Source: Perkinsela sp. CCAP 1560/9
Lineage: Eukaryota; Protista; Euglenozoa: Kinetoplastea
Assembly (NCBI GenBank): GCA_965644495.1
Contig: CBFFSA010000005.1
Coordinates: 62,001 to 126,000, forward strand
Direction of reading: 5' to 3'
DNA: 64,000 bases
Below, one piece after another: positions 22,641 through 33,626 of this stretch; position 1 is the first letter of the stretch, and each line of letters begins with the position of its first letter. Made by a program: the position numbers and the translations under genes. The notes below the pieces were generated by a model, which saw only the letters and a list, made by a program, of their open reading frames with translations, did no database searches and had not been told where the DNA came from.

Positions 22641-22985
22641 CGAAACGATCCAGAATAATCCAACTTTTGGTACAAATACCCGATTCTCCCCATATTTCGT
22701 ATTCTCCCCATATTTCGGACGTTTTTTGGGGTCTTACCATTAGAGGTAGGGGGCACATCTGATCGAAAAAACGCGTGGTCTGGTAAGTAAGCTAAAAAAA
22801 TAAATAAGGAAAGAGATCAACGAAAGATCAAAAACTTTTTTCTGAGTCCTTTTGGGCATGGTTGTTCAAACAAATTTTACTTGTTTTCAACCTACGTTTA
22901 TAGTGCCGGTGAACCAACGATTTCGTACAGTGAGAGAAAAGGAGATTTTTTTGAATGAATTTTGTCTCTCTTACTGTTTTCAAAC

Positions 22986-23555
22986 ATGACCAATAGCAAA
23001 CCTATGGATTTTCCCGTTATTGTTATTACGGGAACTCCGGGAACGGGAAAAAGCAGTCTATGCCGGCGTGTGGAAAAGTTATTGAATGCCAAGCACCTTG
23101 ACATCAGCGCCATTGCAAAAGAGAATGGATATGTCGATTCTTACGATGAAAAATTAGAGACACATGTTTTGGACGAAGGAAAACTCCTTGATCATTTGGA
23201 GAGAGAGTTGGCCGCCCGCAACGAGGCCGTCCTCTTGGATTATCATTCCTGTGGCTTATTTCCCGAGAGATGGGTTATGGGCCACCCTCAGAGTGTGGTC
23301 GTGGTGCTCAAGTGTTCCACTGAATCTCTTTTTGATCGTCTCTCCGACAGGGGCTATAGTGAAAAGAAACGTCAGAAGAACATGGAAGCTGAGATATTTC
23401 GCATATGCGAGGACGAGGCGAGGATGAGCTACCCGGAAGGCAAAGTATTTTCGTTCGAGAATAATACGAATGAGGATGCAGAGAGAATTACTCTTTTCTT
23501 GCAGGATCGTCTCAAACAACAGCCTGCCGCTGGTAAACGTCGAAAAGGTATTTGA
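22986..23555 (+). CDS. AK6: Adenylate kinase 6 / Fap7
   Basis: ITGTPGTGKS, DYH.C.LFPERW and LFDRL..RGYS..K...N.EAEI. Confidence 0.92.
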   Translation: MTNSKPMDFPVIVITGTPGTGKSSLCRRVEKLLNAKHLDISAIAKENGYVDSYDEKLETHVLDEGKLLDHLERELAARNEAVLLDYHSCGLFPERWVMGHPQSVVVVLKCSTESLFDRLSDRGYSEKKRQKNMEAEIFRICEDEARMSYPEGKVFSFENNTNEDAERITLFLQDRLKQQPAAGKRRKGI

Positions 23556-23822
23556 TGGTATTTTTCTCATAAGAGGCCTGCGTGTTCTATGAATAGGTTT
23601 CTCTGTTCGTTGAACGCATTGAGTATTGTTTGGGGGATGTGCATATCCCACCCGACAAGTAGATTATTTTGATATGTTTTGTTCTTTCCAAGTGATATCC
23701 AAGTAAAGGACCCACCTATGCAGTAAGGGATTACCGACGAAGTATACCTAAATTGCGCAAACAAATTGTAGCCTAACGGGGTTCGATAGTGTTGCGTCTT
23801 CTATAGCTTGTCAGATCAATAC

Positions 23823-24467
23823 TCAAATGTGTGTAAAATCAACCGGAATATCGGGATCCTCAACTTGAATTTCGTAATACTCCATGTCCTGATGCGGAAA
23901 TTTCAATTGCTTCGCTCCTTCATTTTCCCACACCGCGTAGAGCTCCAAACCTTCCTTTCGTACTTTTGCGTTAGATACTTTCCTTGATTGATAATCTTTG
24001 CGCTTCCAATGGGCCGTAGTGCCAAGGGTAGGGCTTTCACTAGGCACTAGGATTAACCTCTCTCGGATTAGGGTACACATTCGCCGTATGTCGCTTGCTG
24101 TCATGGGATCCCGTTCAACAGTCGTAGACATTGCGGGGGGAAGCTGTGCCGGTGACGTGGACCGAGTACGTGAAGACAAATTGCGAGTCGAGGTGATCTT
24201 CCCGTTGAAGAGAAAAGTATGAGAATATCGGAATACTTCAGCACAATCAAAAAGGTACAGAACCCTACTCCTTTTGAATGTACCTTTTGAGGCGGGACCG
24301 CTTTTCGACCGGGCGCTACCCACATTGTTTCGGGTATCATTAGTGTCAAATATTTTTTCGTCGGTAAAGATAACACGATTGCATGTCTGTTCGTGAGATT
24401 CATCCAAGCATTTAGTTCTTTTCTCTGCTGCTGATTTTGAACAAATATTGCGACAACCTTGCTGCAA
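23823..24467 (-). pseudogene. Antisense ORF with a Tc1/mariner transposase fragment fused to unrelated sequence
   Basis: EKR...VIFTDEKIF matches the first catalytic Asp motif; the later D/E motifs are missing; opposite strand to host genes. Confidence 0.55.
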
Positions 24468-24851
24468 CCGAACCCGATGATAGTTTACGGTGTAAGATTT
24501 GTCCGAACTTGGAAGCGTAAACGATCTCCACCGATCGAAAAATCTGCATCATCCCGCTGGGAAGAACAGCCAGAGAGCTGAACTATGCGATGATTCTTTT
24601 GCAATGCCATGTATTGTGCCCTGTTCAGTGGACATATCAGGTGCTTATACCGGTTTATCCGACGAAAGGACCAAAGTACGATAGCTGTGGAGAAAACGTT
24701 CTAATCTAAATTCGGTTAACTTTTGTTTAATGCTGTTGGAAAAGGGTTTATTTTGCGATACAAATATTAGATTTTGCAATACGGAATCACAGTTTACAAT
24801 ACATAAATTCCATGTGTTCAAAGAAGCTCAAAATTTGTTCTCCTATTCCTC

Positions 24852-25136
24852 ATGATTCCTAGAATGTATTTCAGTCGTGGGCTCGAGAAATTCCGACTTA
24901 GACTCAAAACGATTCCATCACGTACATGGGAAATGACCCTCATGCCCCCTTTGACGCTGTTTGTAGGTTATCTTGTCTACACAAGTGAATACTTCCAAAC
25001 CACATTGTTGGACAGCAACAATGCCTTTCCCGATCCACCAAAAGAGGATATTATGTCCTATCGTTTTATACCCATACGAGACCCCAAAACAGGACACTTA
25101 CTCGCGTACAAGCAAATTCATCATCCCACGAGTTAA
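24852..25136 (+). CDS. Small single-TM hypothetical protein, probably mitochondrial
   Basis: Arg-rich N-terminus, one hydrophobic segment, collinear strand. Confidence 0.65.
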   Translation: MIPRMYFSRGLEKFRLRLKTIPSRTWEMTLMPPLTLFVGYLVYTSEYFQTTLLDSNNAFPDPPKEDIMSYRFIPIRDPKTGHLLAYKQIHHPTS

Positions 25137-25294
25137 CACCCGGTTGTGCAGCATTTTTAAATATTATACCGCTATTTTTAAACTCTTATTCACAACTAAA
25201 TAACAAATCATTCAATAATTTCTTAAAAAATAACTTCTAAAATCGATCACTCTAAACCTCTTTTTTTCTTTCCAATTTATTCCATACCCCCTCT

Positions 25295-25651
25295 ATGCGA
25301 GCCTTCCCCCGCCCCCGGCTCCCCTCCGCCCCCCTGCTCTCCTGCTGCCGCCGGTCCTACTTCTACACCAACCCCGGGGAGTCGGGGATCTGGAACGCCT
25401 CCCTCCACCGCACGCAGCAGCTGCTCGCGGGTTGCATGCTCGGGGCCTGGGTCTTCTTCTTCTACAATGCCTCCTACTCCCGCTGGTCCGGGAACTCGCA
25501 GTACGCCCCCGACACCTCGGACCTGTACGTGAGCGACGGCACCGAGCTGGAGGGGGAGGAGGGGATGGCGCGGATGCGGATACAGTACGAGCGCGTGATG
25601 CCGTTCCTGGAGGAGATCCGGGAGAAACTCGAGGCGGGGGAGAGCGTGTGA
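25295..25651 (+). CDS. Small single-TM hypothetical mitochondrial protein
   Basis: Presequence-like start (CCRRSY), a TM segment and strong codon bias. Confidence 0.75.
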   Translation: MRAFPRPRLPSAPLLSCCRRSYFYTNPGESGIWNASLHRTQQLLAGCMLGAWVFFFYNASYSRWSGNSQYAPDTSDLYVSDGTELEGEEGMARMRIQYERVMPFLEEIREKLEAGESV

Positions 25652-26046
25652 GGAGGAGAATGCACGCAAAGGGGACGGTAAGTGGTTTGGAGGGGCAGTG
25701 TAAAAACAATCTCGATGTACAGGGTTTTTAAATCAAGACGTTTTCGTGTGTTTATGCAATTTTGATCCCGTAATGTACATATTCGAATTTGTTGTGAGTG
25801 TGTTCCCTAACTTGGGTATGAAGCAGCAGTTCGGAAAATGGAATGATAAATGTTTTAAAAATGGTGTTGTTTTATTATAAACTTTACTTTAAAAATGTAT
25901 CATATTCGATGCACCAGAGGGGGGAAAGAACAAGGATTTTATGCTAAAGTGTAAGTGCTTACGGTACCCACAGGAAACGTATTGGATAGCGCACGCGTTT
26001 CTAAAATAGGCTTGGTTTTTCCGTATATTTTCTTTAACACTTTATC

Positions 26047-26658
26047 ATGTCCCTGTCAGAGATTAACAAAAAACTTCTCACAAAGCCCTATGTTGAGGGG
26101 TACGTACCTTCCAAGGCAGACGCTGAGTTGTTTCAACAAATGTTTGGCAACAATGCGAAAGTAATCACCTGGGCGGCACGTATGGCTTCCTATTTTGCGT
26201 CTGAACGAAAGGGAATGCAAACTGTGAGTGACAGTAAACCGAAAGCGGAACCCCAAAGTAAGAAGAGTGCGCCTGCGGAAGAGGATGATGACGTCGATTT
26301 GTTTGGAGACGTCACGGAAGAGGAGCAAGCAGCACTGGAGGCACGCAAGAAGGAGGAAGAGAGCAAGAAGAAAGCCAAACCTGCTGTTATTGCAAAGTCG
26401 AATATTGTCATAGACATCAAGCCTTGGGACGACACAACCGATCTTGAAGCTTTAATGAAAAAACTCCGTGCGATAGATAAAGATGGCCTTGTGTGGGGCG
26501 CACACCGTTTGGACACCATTGCCTTCGGTATTAAGAAGCTGAAGGTGATGATCGTTATAGAAGATGACAAAGTTTCATCGGATGATATCGAGGACATGAT
26601 TATGCAATTCGAAGACGACGTTCAGTCTATGGATATTGCAGCGTGGAATAAGGTATAA
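26047..26658 (+). CDS. EEF1B: Translation elongation factor 1-beta
   Basis: DDDVDLFG, AKSNIVIDIKPWDD and VQSMDIAAWNKV. Confidence 0.96.
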   Translation: MSLSEINKKLLTKPYVEGYVPSKADAELFQQMFGNNAKVITWAARMASYFASERKGMQTVSDSKPKAEPQSKKSAPAEEDDDVDLFGDVTEEEQAALEARKKEEESKKKAKPAVIAKSNIVIDIKPWDDTTDLEALMKKLRAIDKDGLVWGAHRLDTIAFGIKKLKVMIVIEDDKVSSDDIEDMIMQFEDDVQSMDIAAWNKV

Positions 26659-27128
26659 ATAGCGTCATTCTGTAAGTTGTACTCGATTGTTTTGCCTTTT
26701 ATTGATCGGGTTTCTCAATTTATTGACTTATGTTTTGATTTTAGGATTTCATAATTCAGTTAGTTCTCGTGCCAGTATTATTTATCACGAGCCTGTATTA
26801 AAAAGCCGCGTTCTAAAAAAAGCGTCGGAAATGAAAAATAAAAAGATCGAAATATAACTGATTAACGAAAAGTTTTCTTTGCTAGTGCTCGAATACACAC
26901 CATGTGCGTGACAAGGTGTGGAGAGAGCTTTTAAATGTTGTATTGATTCTTTTGGATCTAATGTTTTTTACTCTGATTTTTTGTATCCACAATAAAAAAG
27001 AAATTGGTATTTAGACAGCGAGTTAATAAAATTTATATTGAGCATACAGTATCTCTACTCTGGTATAACTATGCCGTAAACCTATCACAGTTCCGCTCGA
27101 ATCGTGCCTATAAAAGTACCTCAATAAC

Positions 27129-30100
27129 ATGTATCGACCTGTTTGGACGGGGCCTCTGTCTTGTCTTAGTCGTACTTCCATCCACTACCAAAATACACGA
27201 AGTATTTGGTCATCAGGAAAATATTTGCAGCAGTCTTTTACTCAAGGAACGTGGGAAGAGACGAAAACGTCTTGGGCTTGTCCATTGTGCAACTTTATGA
27301 ATTATCCGAATCGGCTATTATGTATGAAGTGCCAAACTCGAAGGGGCGTACAGGAACCCAACACAGCATTTCAAGAAAAACCTACGGCTCCCGAGATCAA
27401 CCTTAGTGTCTGTAAAACGGTCAAGCGCACTGGAGAATCAAAAGCATTAAAGGAGAATACACCTACGAACCAGATATTACAAAAAAATCAAAACGGAACA
27501 GAAAATTCTACCTGGACGTGTACATGCGGGTCTCCGAATTCAACCACATCGTACTCATGTAGCACATGTGGTAAGGAACCATGCATACTAGATGACTCGC
27601 CTGATCTGGAGATTCCGCTTGAAGAAATTGAAACAGAAAATGCTTTTACTAGTATCTTATCCCCCAGGACAGTTCAAAAAGACGATGAACTAAATTGTGA
27701 AAATAGAGAGACTTTGGACCTCACGAATAAAAATGTGGAAGCACTCGAATGCCCAGATCATGCACAACATCATAAAAATGTATTAAAGGCTGGTGCTGCT
27801 TTCTCGAACGAAGCAAAAATCAATGGTTGGATTTGTAAATGCGGAGCTCTTCTTTTCGACGAAGTCTATCAGTGCCCGAACTGCAGTACCAAGAGAGCAC
27901 ATGGGTTGTTGCCCAAGATTAATCAGACGGGAAAATTTGACAACGGAGAATGGATATGCAGTTCTTGTCGTCACATAAATGTAGCCAAAGCATTAATGTG
28001 TTCGAAATGCCCTCGAGACCGAGTACAAGGCGTTCCCATTCGAACTACCTGGTTGAGCGCGAACCCTTTCAGGAAAGGAAATTCCGAGAGTGGCGCTATT
28101 CGATCCTCAGAGAAGCTTGAGAAAAAATCTGATCAGCGTGCTACTAATACTGATGTCAATCTCCCGCTGCAGTCAACATGGTATTGCTTCTGTGGGAAGG
28201 CAAATTCGTCGAGTACAAATACATGCCAGGCTTGTGACACTGCGAAAATGTCTGCGGCATCGCAATTAGGTGTCCAGCGTTCATCACACAGCAATCTAAA
28301 TGAAGAATTACGTGACAATACAAAGGCTACTCTGTCACGAAACAGTACATCAGGGCAACAATTAAATGTTGAAAAATGGGAATGCGAACAGTGTAGTTTT
28401 ACAAATTCGGGATCGGACGAAAGATGCTTTTCATGCTCTTTTCAACGAGCTGTTGAGCCCGCATCACCTTCAGGAACCAAGGAAACAACTTTGTCATGGT
28501 TCTGCTCCACATGCACCGCGGAAAACGATGAGAATGCTCAGAAATGCAAAGCTTGTGGCGCAATTTCTTCCACCCAAACAGAACGGCGTTTGGACTGGAA
28601 ATGCAGTGTATGTAGGTTCGTAAATTTTGCATCCCGACACGAATGCAGGGTCTGTCTGAATCCCAAGTTGCCTAAGGCAAATTCACAAGATGCATGGCGC
28701 TGCCACTGTGGACAAGCCAATTCTCTGACTTCGACATGTACAGCATGTCACGCCAACAAATCATCCGACTTGCCTATAGCTGCGAAGGAAGTGTCTTGGA
28801 AATGTGTTTGTGGGATAACGAATTCCATGTCTGCTCTTTTTTGTCCACAATGTGGAAAGTCAAGTGCTGTTGGTAGCGTTTCTCGTGAAAATGTAGCCCC
28901 AAAAATGGATTGGAGGTGTACATGTCGCGCAATAAATTTTGCTCGACGTGCTTCGTGTTTTCGCTGCGGGACAGCTCGGAGCGCCGACAGTCCTCTCGTA
29001 GAGTACGGCACACAACCGAACAACAAGATGAATTGGTATTGCCAAAACTGTCATACTTTTAACTTTGCATCGCGAGCGAACTGCATAAAGTGCCGGGCGA
29101 CATCAAAAGATCAGTGTGCACCTCGAACTGAGGTGAGTGAAATCAGCTGTGACTGCGGATATTCTTCTCCCACTGCCTTTGAAATATGCCCACAATGTTC
29201 CAAGACACGTAAGTCAATGAATACGATGTGCACATCACAGGACACAGATAAGAGAGGTGAGTTGTCCTACGGTGATGAAGCAGACTGGACTTGCATTTGC
29301 GGGTGCGTAAATTTCTCTCGTCAATTGCAATGTCTGAAATGTCAAAACTTGCGTCCTACAGGCACAACTCCTACTGCTGCAATAAATCCAGCGAACTCCA
29401 TGGATGATTGGCATTGTGAGTGCGGCATGCAGAACTTTGCGCAACGTAAAGATTGCTTTGGATGTATGAAGCCTCGAACGAGCATAAGTGCTGGCGATCA
29501 TGTTACAATGAATGTGACAGAACAAGCAAGAACTATGGTCAGGGTGTCAGTAGAACAGAGGCCAGGGGATTGGCTATGTCCAAGCTGTAGGGGGCTCAAT
29601 TTTACATCGAGGAAATTTTGTTTTAGGTGTAATACGGCGAAGACAGCGAATGATCAAAGTTCCTTGAAGGATAAAGGTTCCAGTGCCTTAAACTTTGCAG
29701 CGAAACGACTTTGTAAGTGCGGTCGTGTGAATAAAGGGAATCAAGATGAATGTTTTGCGTGCAGAGCTAAGTTGCCTGAAGTAGAAGATAATTCAATTAA
29801 TCAGCGGCATAGTCTAAATACGCGTGCTGCGCAAAACACGGGCCGGCCTGGTGATTGGCTTTGTGTCTGCGGTTACTTGAACTATCGCTCCCGCGCGTCA
29901 TGCAATAAGTGTGCTTTGCCGCAATCAAGTGCCACAACTCATATATCTTCCGCTTCATCTTCTATATCCGTACATGGAGAGTGGACTTGTAAATGTGGTG
30001 CACTTAACTTTAGTCGAAGAAACGACTGCTTCAAATGTAGCGCTCCAATGGCTGAATCAACTTGGACCTGTACATGTGGATCTCATCACGATCCCCGCAT

Positions 30101-31025
30101 GAAACAATGTCTTTCGTGTTCAAAAGACCGTCCGAATCCCTCTAGTCACAGTACGAGTTCAAGCTCATCGGAGTCTGAATGGGAATGCCGTTGTGGTCAG
30201 AAAAATCCGTCGTCGTCGGCAGAGTGTTGCCTATGTAAAATAACGCGTGAGAAGAGTATTCAACGGCAGGACTGGGTTTGTAAATCATGCAGTTTTCCTA
30301 ATTTTGCATCACGCGCTGCCTGTAAACGGTGCTCGTTGCCAAAAGGGGATGAAAATGTCGAAGTAACTAAACTCGGTCCTGGTGCTCGAGATGGCGATTG
30401 GAGCTGTCGATTTTGCTCGTACAGGAACTTTGCTTCCCGGACACTATGTATGGCGTGTTCTACTCTGAGAACAAGTGATATTGAGGATTCGGATTCAAGC
30501 GCAACATCTACATGGGACTGTTTATGTGGAAATCAAAACTCTGATACAAGGAATGAATGTTCCAAATGCATGATGCCGAACCCGAGGAAGCAAATGTTCT
30601 TACCTGGATCCAAAAAAAAGTGGTCGTGTCTTCTTTGTGGATGGAGCAACTTCGCACATCGAGAGGAATGTATGAAGTGTCAGTCACCACGATCAGATGA
30701 AGGGAACATCGACGACGAACCGGTTTCCTCATCTGTGGATGGTACACTGGAAAGCACTAATTCAACTACTATTCGAACAGTAGACCAGTGCACCAAACCA
30801 GATGCAGTTGATTCCGATTCTTCAGTAGTCCGTTCCCACGAAACCCCGGAGGTTGGAATATCTGATTCAGATTCAAATGACAATGAAAGTGTAAGTCTAT
30901 CAAAAGCTACAAAAAAGCAATCAAAATCATCAGCGAAGAAGCCTAAGAGTCAGAAAAGGGACACATCCAAGTCCAAAAAAGTGAAAAAAGGTAAAAAAGA
31001 ACCCTTGACAACCTACGATTCGTAA
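27129..31025 (+). CDS. Protein with ~25 RanBP2-type zinc fingers
   Basis: Manual count of about 25 W-x-C-x(1,2)-C-x3-N-x6-C-x2-C units; many carry the RNA-binding NF(A)xR signature. Confidence 0.9.
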   Translation: MYRPVWTGPLSCLSRTSIHYQNTRSIWSSGKYLQQSFTQGTWEETKTSWACPLCNFMNYPNRLLCMKCQTRRGVQEPNTAFQEKPTAPEINLSVCKTVKRTGESKALKENTPTNQILQKNQNGTENSTWTCTCGSPNSTTSYSCSTCGKEPCILDDSPDLEIPLEEIETENAFTSILSPRTVQKDDELNCENRETLDLTNKNVEALECPDHAQHHKNVLKAGAAFSNEAKINGWICKCGALLFDEVYQCPNCSTKRAHGLLPKINQTGKFDNGEWICSSCRHINVAKALMCSKCPRDRVQGVPIRTTWLSANPFRKGNSESGAIRSSEKLEKKSDQRATNTDVNLPLQSTWYCFCGKANSSSTNTCQACDTAKMSAASQLGVQRSSHSNLNEELRDNTKATLSRNSTSGQQLNVEKWECEQCSFTNSGSDERCFSCSFQRAVEPASPSGTKETTLSWFCSTCTAENDENAQKCKACGAISSTQTERRLDWKCSVCRFVNFASRHECRVCLNPKLPKANSQDAWRCHCGQANSLTSTCTACHANKSSDLPIAAKEVSWKCVCGITNSMSALFCPQCGKSSAVGSVSRENVAPKMDWRCTCRAINFARRASCFRCGTARSADSPLVEYGTQPNNKMNWYCQNCHTFNFASRANCIKCRATSKDQCAPRTEVSEISCDCGYSSPTAFEICPQCSKTRKSMNTMCTSQDTDKRGELSYGDEADWTCICGCVNFSRQLQCLKCQNLRPTGTTPTAAINPANSMDDWHCECGMQNFAQRKDCFGCMKPRTSISAGDHVTMNVTEQARTMVRVSVEQRPGDWLCPSCRGLNFTSRKFCFRCNTAKTANDQSSLKDKGSSALNFAAKRLCKCGRVNKGNQDECFACRAKLPEVEDNSINQRHSLNTRAAQNTGRPGDWLCVCGYLNYRSRASCNKCALPQSSATTHISSASSSISVHGEWTCKCGALNFSRRNDCFKCSAPMAESTWTCTCGSHHDPRMKQCLSCSKDRPNPSSHSTSSSSSESEWECRCGQKNPSSSAECCLCKITREKSIQRQDWVCKSCSFPNFASRAACKRCSLPKGDENVEVTKLGPGARDGDWSCRFCSYRNFASRTLCMACSTLRTSDIEDSDSSATSTWDCLCGNQNSDTRNECSKCMMPNPRKQMFLPGSKKKWSCLLCGWSNFAHREECMKCQSPRSDEGNIDDEPVSSSVDGTLESTNSTTIRTVDQCTKPDAVDSDSSVVRSHETPEVGISDSDSNDNESVSLSKATKKQSKSSAKKPKSQKRDTSKSKKVKKGKKEPLTTYDS

Positions 31026-31268
31026 AATTGAGCTCCGACTTATTCTCCCATGCGCATAATTCAGAACCCGAGACAATGTGCATTGTACATGTTTGTTATA
31101 CTATAAAAAGCGGCCCGTGTTTGCGTATTGCCCGATACAGAAATACGCTAACTCAACAATTTTATTGCTTTTGCAAATTTGATAAACATTATCTGCATTC
31201 GTAGAATGTCTGTTTTGAAGAATTTTCTTTTTTCTTTTGGAGGAATACTGTAATCCTTTTACCATGTA

Positions 31269-32021
31269 ATGAAACGAGTACTGCACCAAGACCGGCGGAG
31301 CGATTGGGTAATACTGCGCAATTCATCACTCACAGAAAGACAATTGCAGGAATATGAAGCAGAATTGAAGTCGTTTTCAAATGTACACAAATGGGTACTA
31401 TCTGCTCGACTTAGTGCTGAAAAGCTGGCATCTCATGTTTTCCCCTCTTTAAAGCTGCACCTAGAGACTTTGTCAGTGTTAGACCTAAGTCACAATATCA
31501 TTAAAACCTCTAGGAAGCATACAATATCAAGTCCTACAACTCTACAGATCACACAAGGAATTTTGAGCCACGGATCAGAAAAAGAAAGTGTAAGGTGCCC
31601 AGTTCTTGAACTTATTTATTGTTTGCAGCTCCATCGCAACACAGTGCTCAAAATTTTAAAGTTAGCGGATAACCCTTTAGGTGATTTCGGGGCGGTGATG
31701 ATTACGAGAAGCATTTGCCGCTTAGAACCATTCATAGAGCCGAGCAGAACGCATGTCAAAAATGTTGATCTACATGTTTTGGATTTTGCGCAGTGCGGCA
31801 TCTCGGATTCCGGTGCCGTGGAAATTAGTCTTGCTCTCAAGATGGCAGCCTTTGGTGAACCCTTTTTCTTAAAACTCAACAAGAACAGAATAGGACCTAA
31901 AGGCACTTTTGAACTTGGAAGCGGCTTATCTGGCATGATCTCATTATCAGTAACAAAGAATAGACCTTCAAAGAGTAAGGAAAATTCGAAACAAAAAAGG
32001 AAATCAAGACAGGTCAAATGA
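31269..32021 (+). CDS. Leucine-rich repeat protein (RNI-like)
   Basis: LDLSHN, LKLADNPLGDFG, LDFAQCGISDSG and LKLNKNRIGPKG. Confidence 0.8.
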   Translation: MKRVLHQDRRSDWVILRNSSLTERQLQEYEAELKSFSNVHKWVLSARLSAEKLASHVFPSLKLHLETLSVLDLSHNIIKTSRKHTISSPTTLQITQGILSHGSEKESVRCPVLELIYCLQLHRNTVLKILKLADNPLGDFGAVMITRSICRLEPFIEPSRTHVKNVDLHVLDFAQCGISDSGAVEISLALKMAAFGEPFFLKLNKNRIGPKGTFELGSGLSGMISLSVTKNRPSKSKENSKQKRKSRQVK

Positions 32022-32263
32022 ATTCGACATTTGATATACCCTGAACAACCGACCCGTCAACTTACGAATATTGTTCTAATTTTATCGAATTTATTTAATA
32101 TTTTAGCCCGTCGTCTACAGACTCCCAAATGCTTTGCAAAGATTGGAGCATTCTGCTTTTTATTGTCCAAGACCACAGAATCTGTCAGATTGTATTTTTA
32201 CGTATAAAAAGTAGAAAAAATAATAATAAAAAAGCGTAACCTTTTTTACCCCCCTCCAAAACC

Positions 32264-33349
32264 ATGAGAACTGCGCTACGCGAAAAAATCTCCCAACGTC
32301 TTCGCTCCGTCTCCGTCCTCCACACCCTTCCCGAGCCCCCCCTCCCCCTCCCCTCCTGTGTGATTGCCACCCACAACGGCACCTTCCACTGCGACGAGGC
32401 CCTGGCCTGCGGGCTGCTGCTCCACGCCCCCCCGTTCGTGGACGCCGTTGTGCTGCGGACCCGTACCCCGGGGTTCTTGGAAAAGGCCCAGGCGGTCGTG
32501 GATGTCGGCTGCGTGTACGACCCCGGGCGGCTGCGGCTGGACCACCACCAGCCGGAGTTCCAGGACACCTTCCGCACCGCGCACCGTGGCTACGCCACAC
32601 GACTCAGCAGTGCGGGACTCGTCTATCGGCACTTCGGGAAATCCCTGCTGAAGAGCTACTGTGAGGAATACGGCGTGCGACTGGAGAATACGGAAAAAGA
32701 CTTGGAGCTGTTGTACGACCGGGTCTATCGACATTTTATTGAGCACATTGATGGGAATGACAACGGGGTGGATCCGTTTCAAGGGAAACCGACGGCGAAT
32801 TACTTTGTCCCCAGCTCGCTTCCCGCACGGGTGGCGCGGCTTAACCCGCGGTGGAACGAGGAGAGCGGTGAGGAGGTGGTCGCGCGTCGGTTCACGCAGG
32901 CCATGGAGCTGACGTGTCACGAGTTCTTCGAGGCTGTGGAACAGGTCTGTGCCTCGTGGTTCCCGGCACGCGCCTTGGTGAGGGAGGCCGTGATGGGCGC
33001 CGCGGAGGTTCACCCCTCCGGGCGTGTGCTTAAGCTGAGCGCCGGGGGATTGCCCTGGAAAGATCACCTCTTTGATTTAGAGGAGGAGCTTGCCTTGAAG
33101 GGTCGGTTTCTGTATGTGCTGTTTCAGGACACGATGGGGGAGTGGAGAGTGATGGCGGTACCGGAGACTCAGGGAGGATTTTCCAGTCGCAAAGCCTTGC
33201 CTTGGAAAGGTCTACGCGATGAGGAGCTCTCGCGCGCGTGTCATGTAGAGGGTTGTGTTTTTGTTCACGCTTCGGGATTCATTGGAGGAAATAAAACCGA
33301 GGAAGGGATCATGAAAATGACCAACGCCGCACTTGAGTCGACGAGTTGA
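32264..33349 (+). CDS. MYG1: MYG1 exonuclease
   Basis: THNGTFHCDEALA, DVG, DHHQ, LSSAGL, DNG and FVHASGFIGG. Confidence 0.95.
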   Translation: MRTALREKISQRLRSVSVLHTLPEPPLPLPSCVIATHNGTFHCDEALACGLLLHAPPFVDAVVLRTRTPGFLEKAQAVVDVGCVYDPGRLRLDHHQPEFQDTFRTAHRGYATRLSSAGLVYRHFGKSLLKSYCEEYGVRLENTEKDLELLYDRVYRHFIEHIDGNDNGVDPFQGKPTANYFVPSSLPARVARLNPRWNEESGEEVVARRFTQAMELTCHEFFEAVEQVCASWFPARALVREAVMGAAEVHPSGRVLKLSAGGLPWKDHLFDLEEELALKGRFLYVLFQDTMGEWRVMAVPETQGGFSSRKALPWKGLRDEELSRACHVEGCVFVHASGFIGGNKTEEGIMKMTNAALESTS

Positions 33350-33626
33350 AGTTTTAATAAACTGAGTGGATTAGATGGATTCCGTAAATTGTATCTGTGA
33401 TCGGTAAAGGTTGATTTCGTAGTGGGAGGCGCAGAAATTGCAGTATTTCACACGTTCGGGAAGTAGGCGCGTAGTTTCAAGTAGTACAGTCACGGATTAT
33501 GGAAAAACTTAATAGCCTTATGAAAAGGTACGAATCAGTGTAAAGGCAGGATATATAGTGGGAGGTTCTGTCTGTGATTCTTGACATCGTTTTTATACTC
33601 TTTGATCCTTGCATATTTTAATTCTC

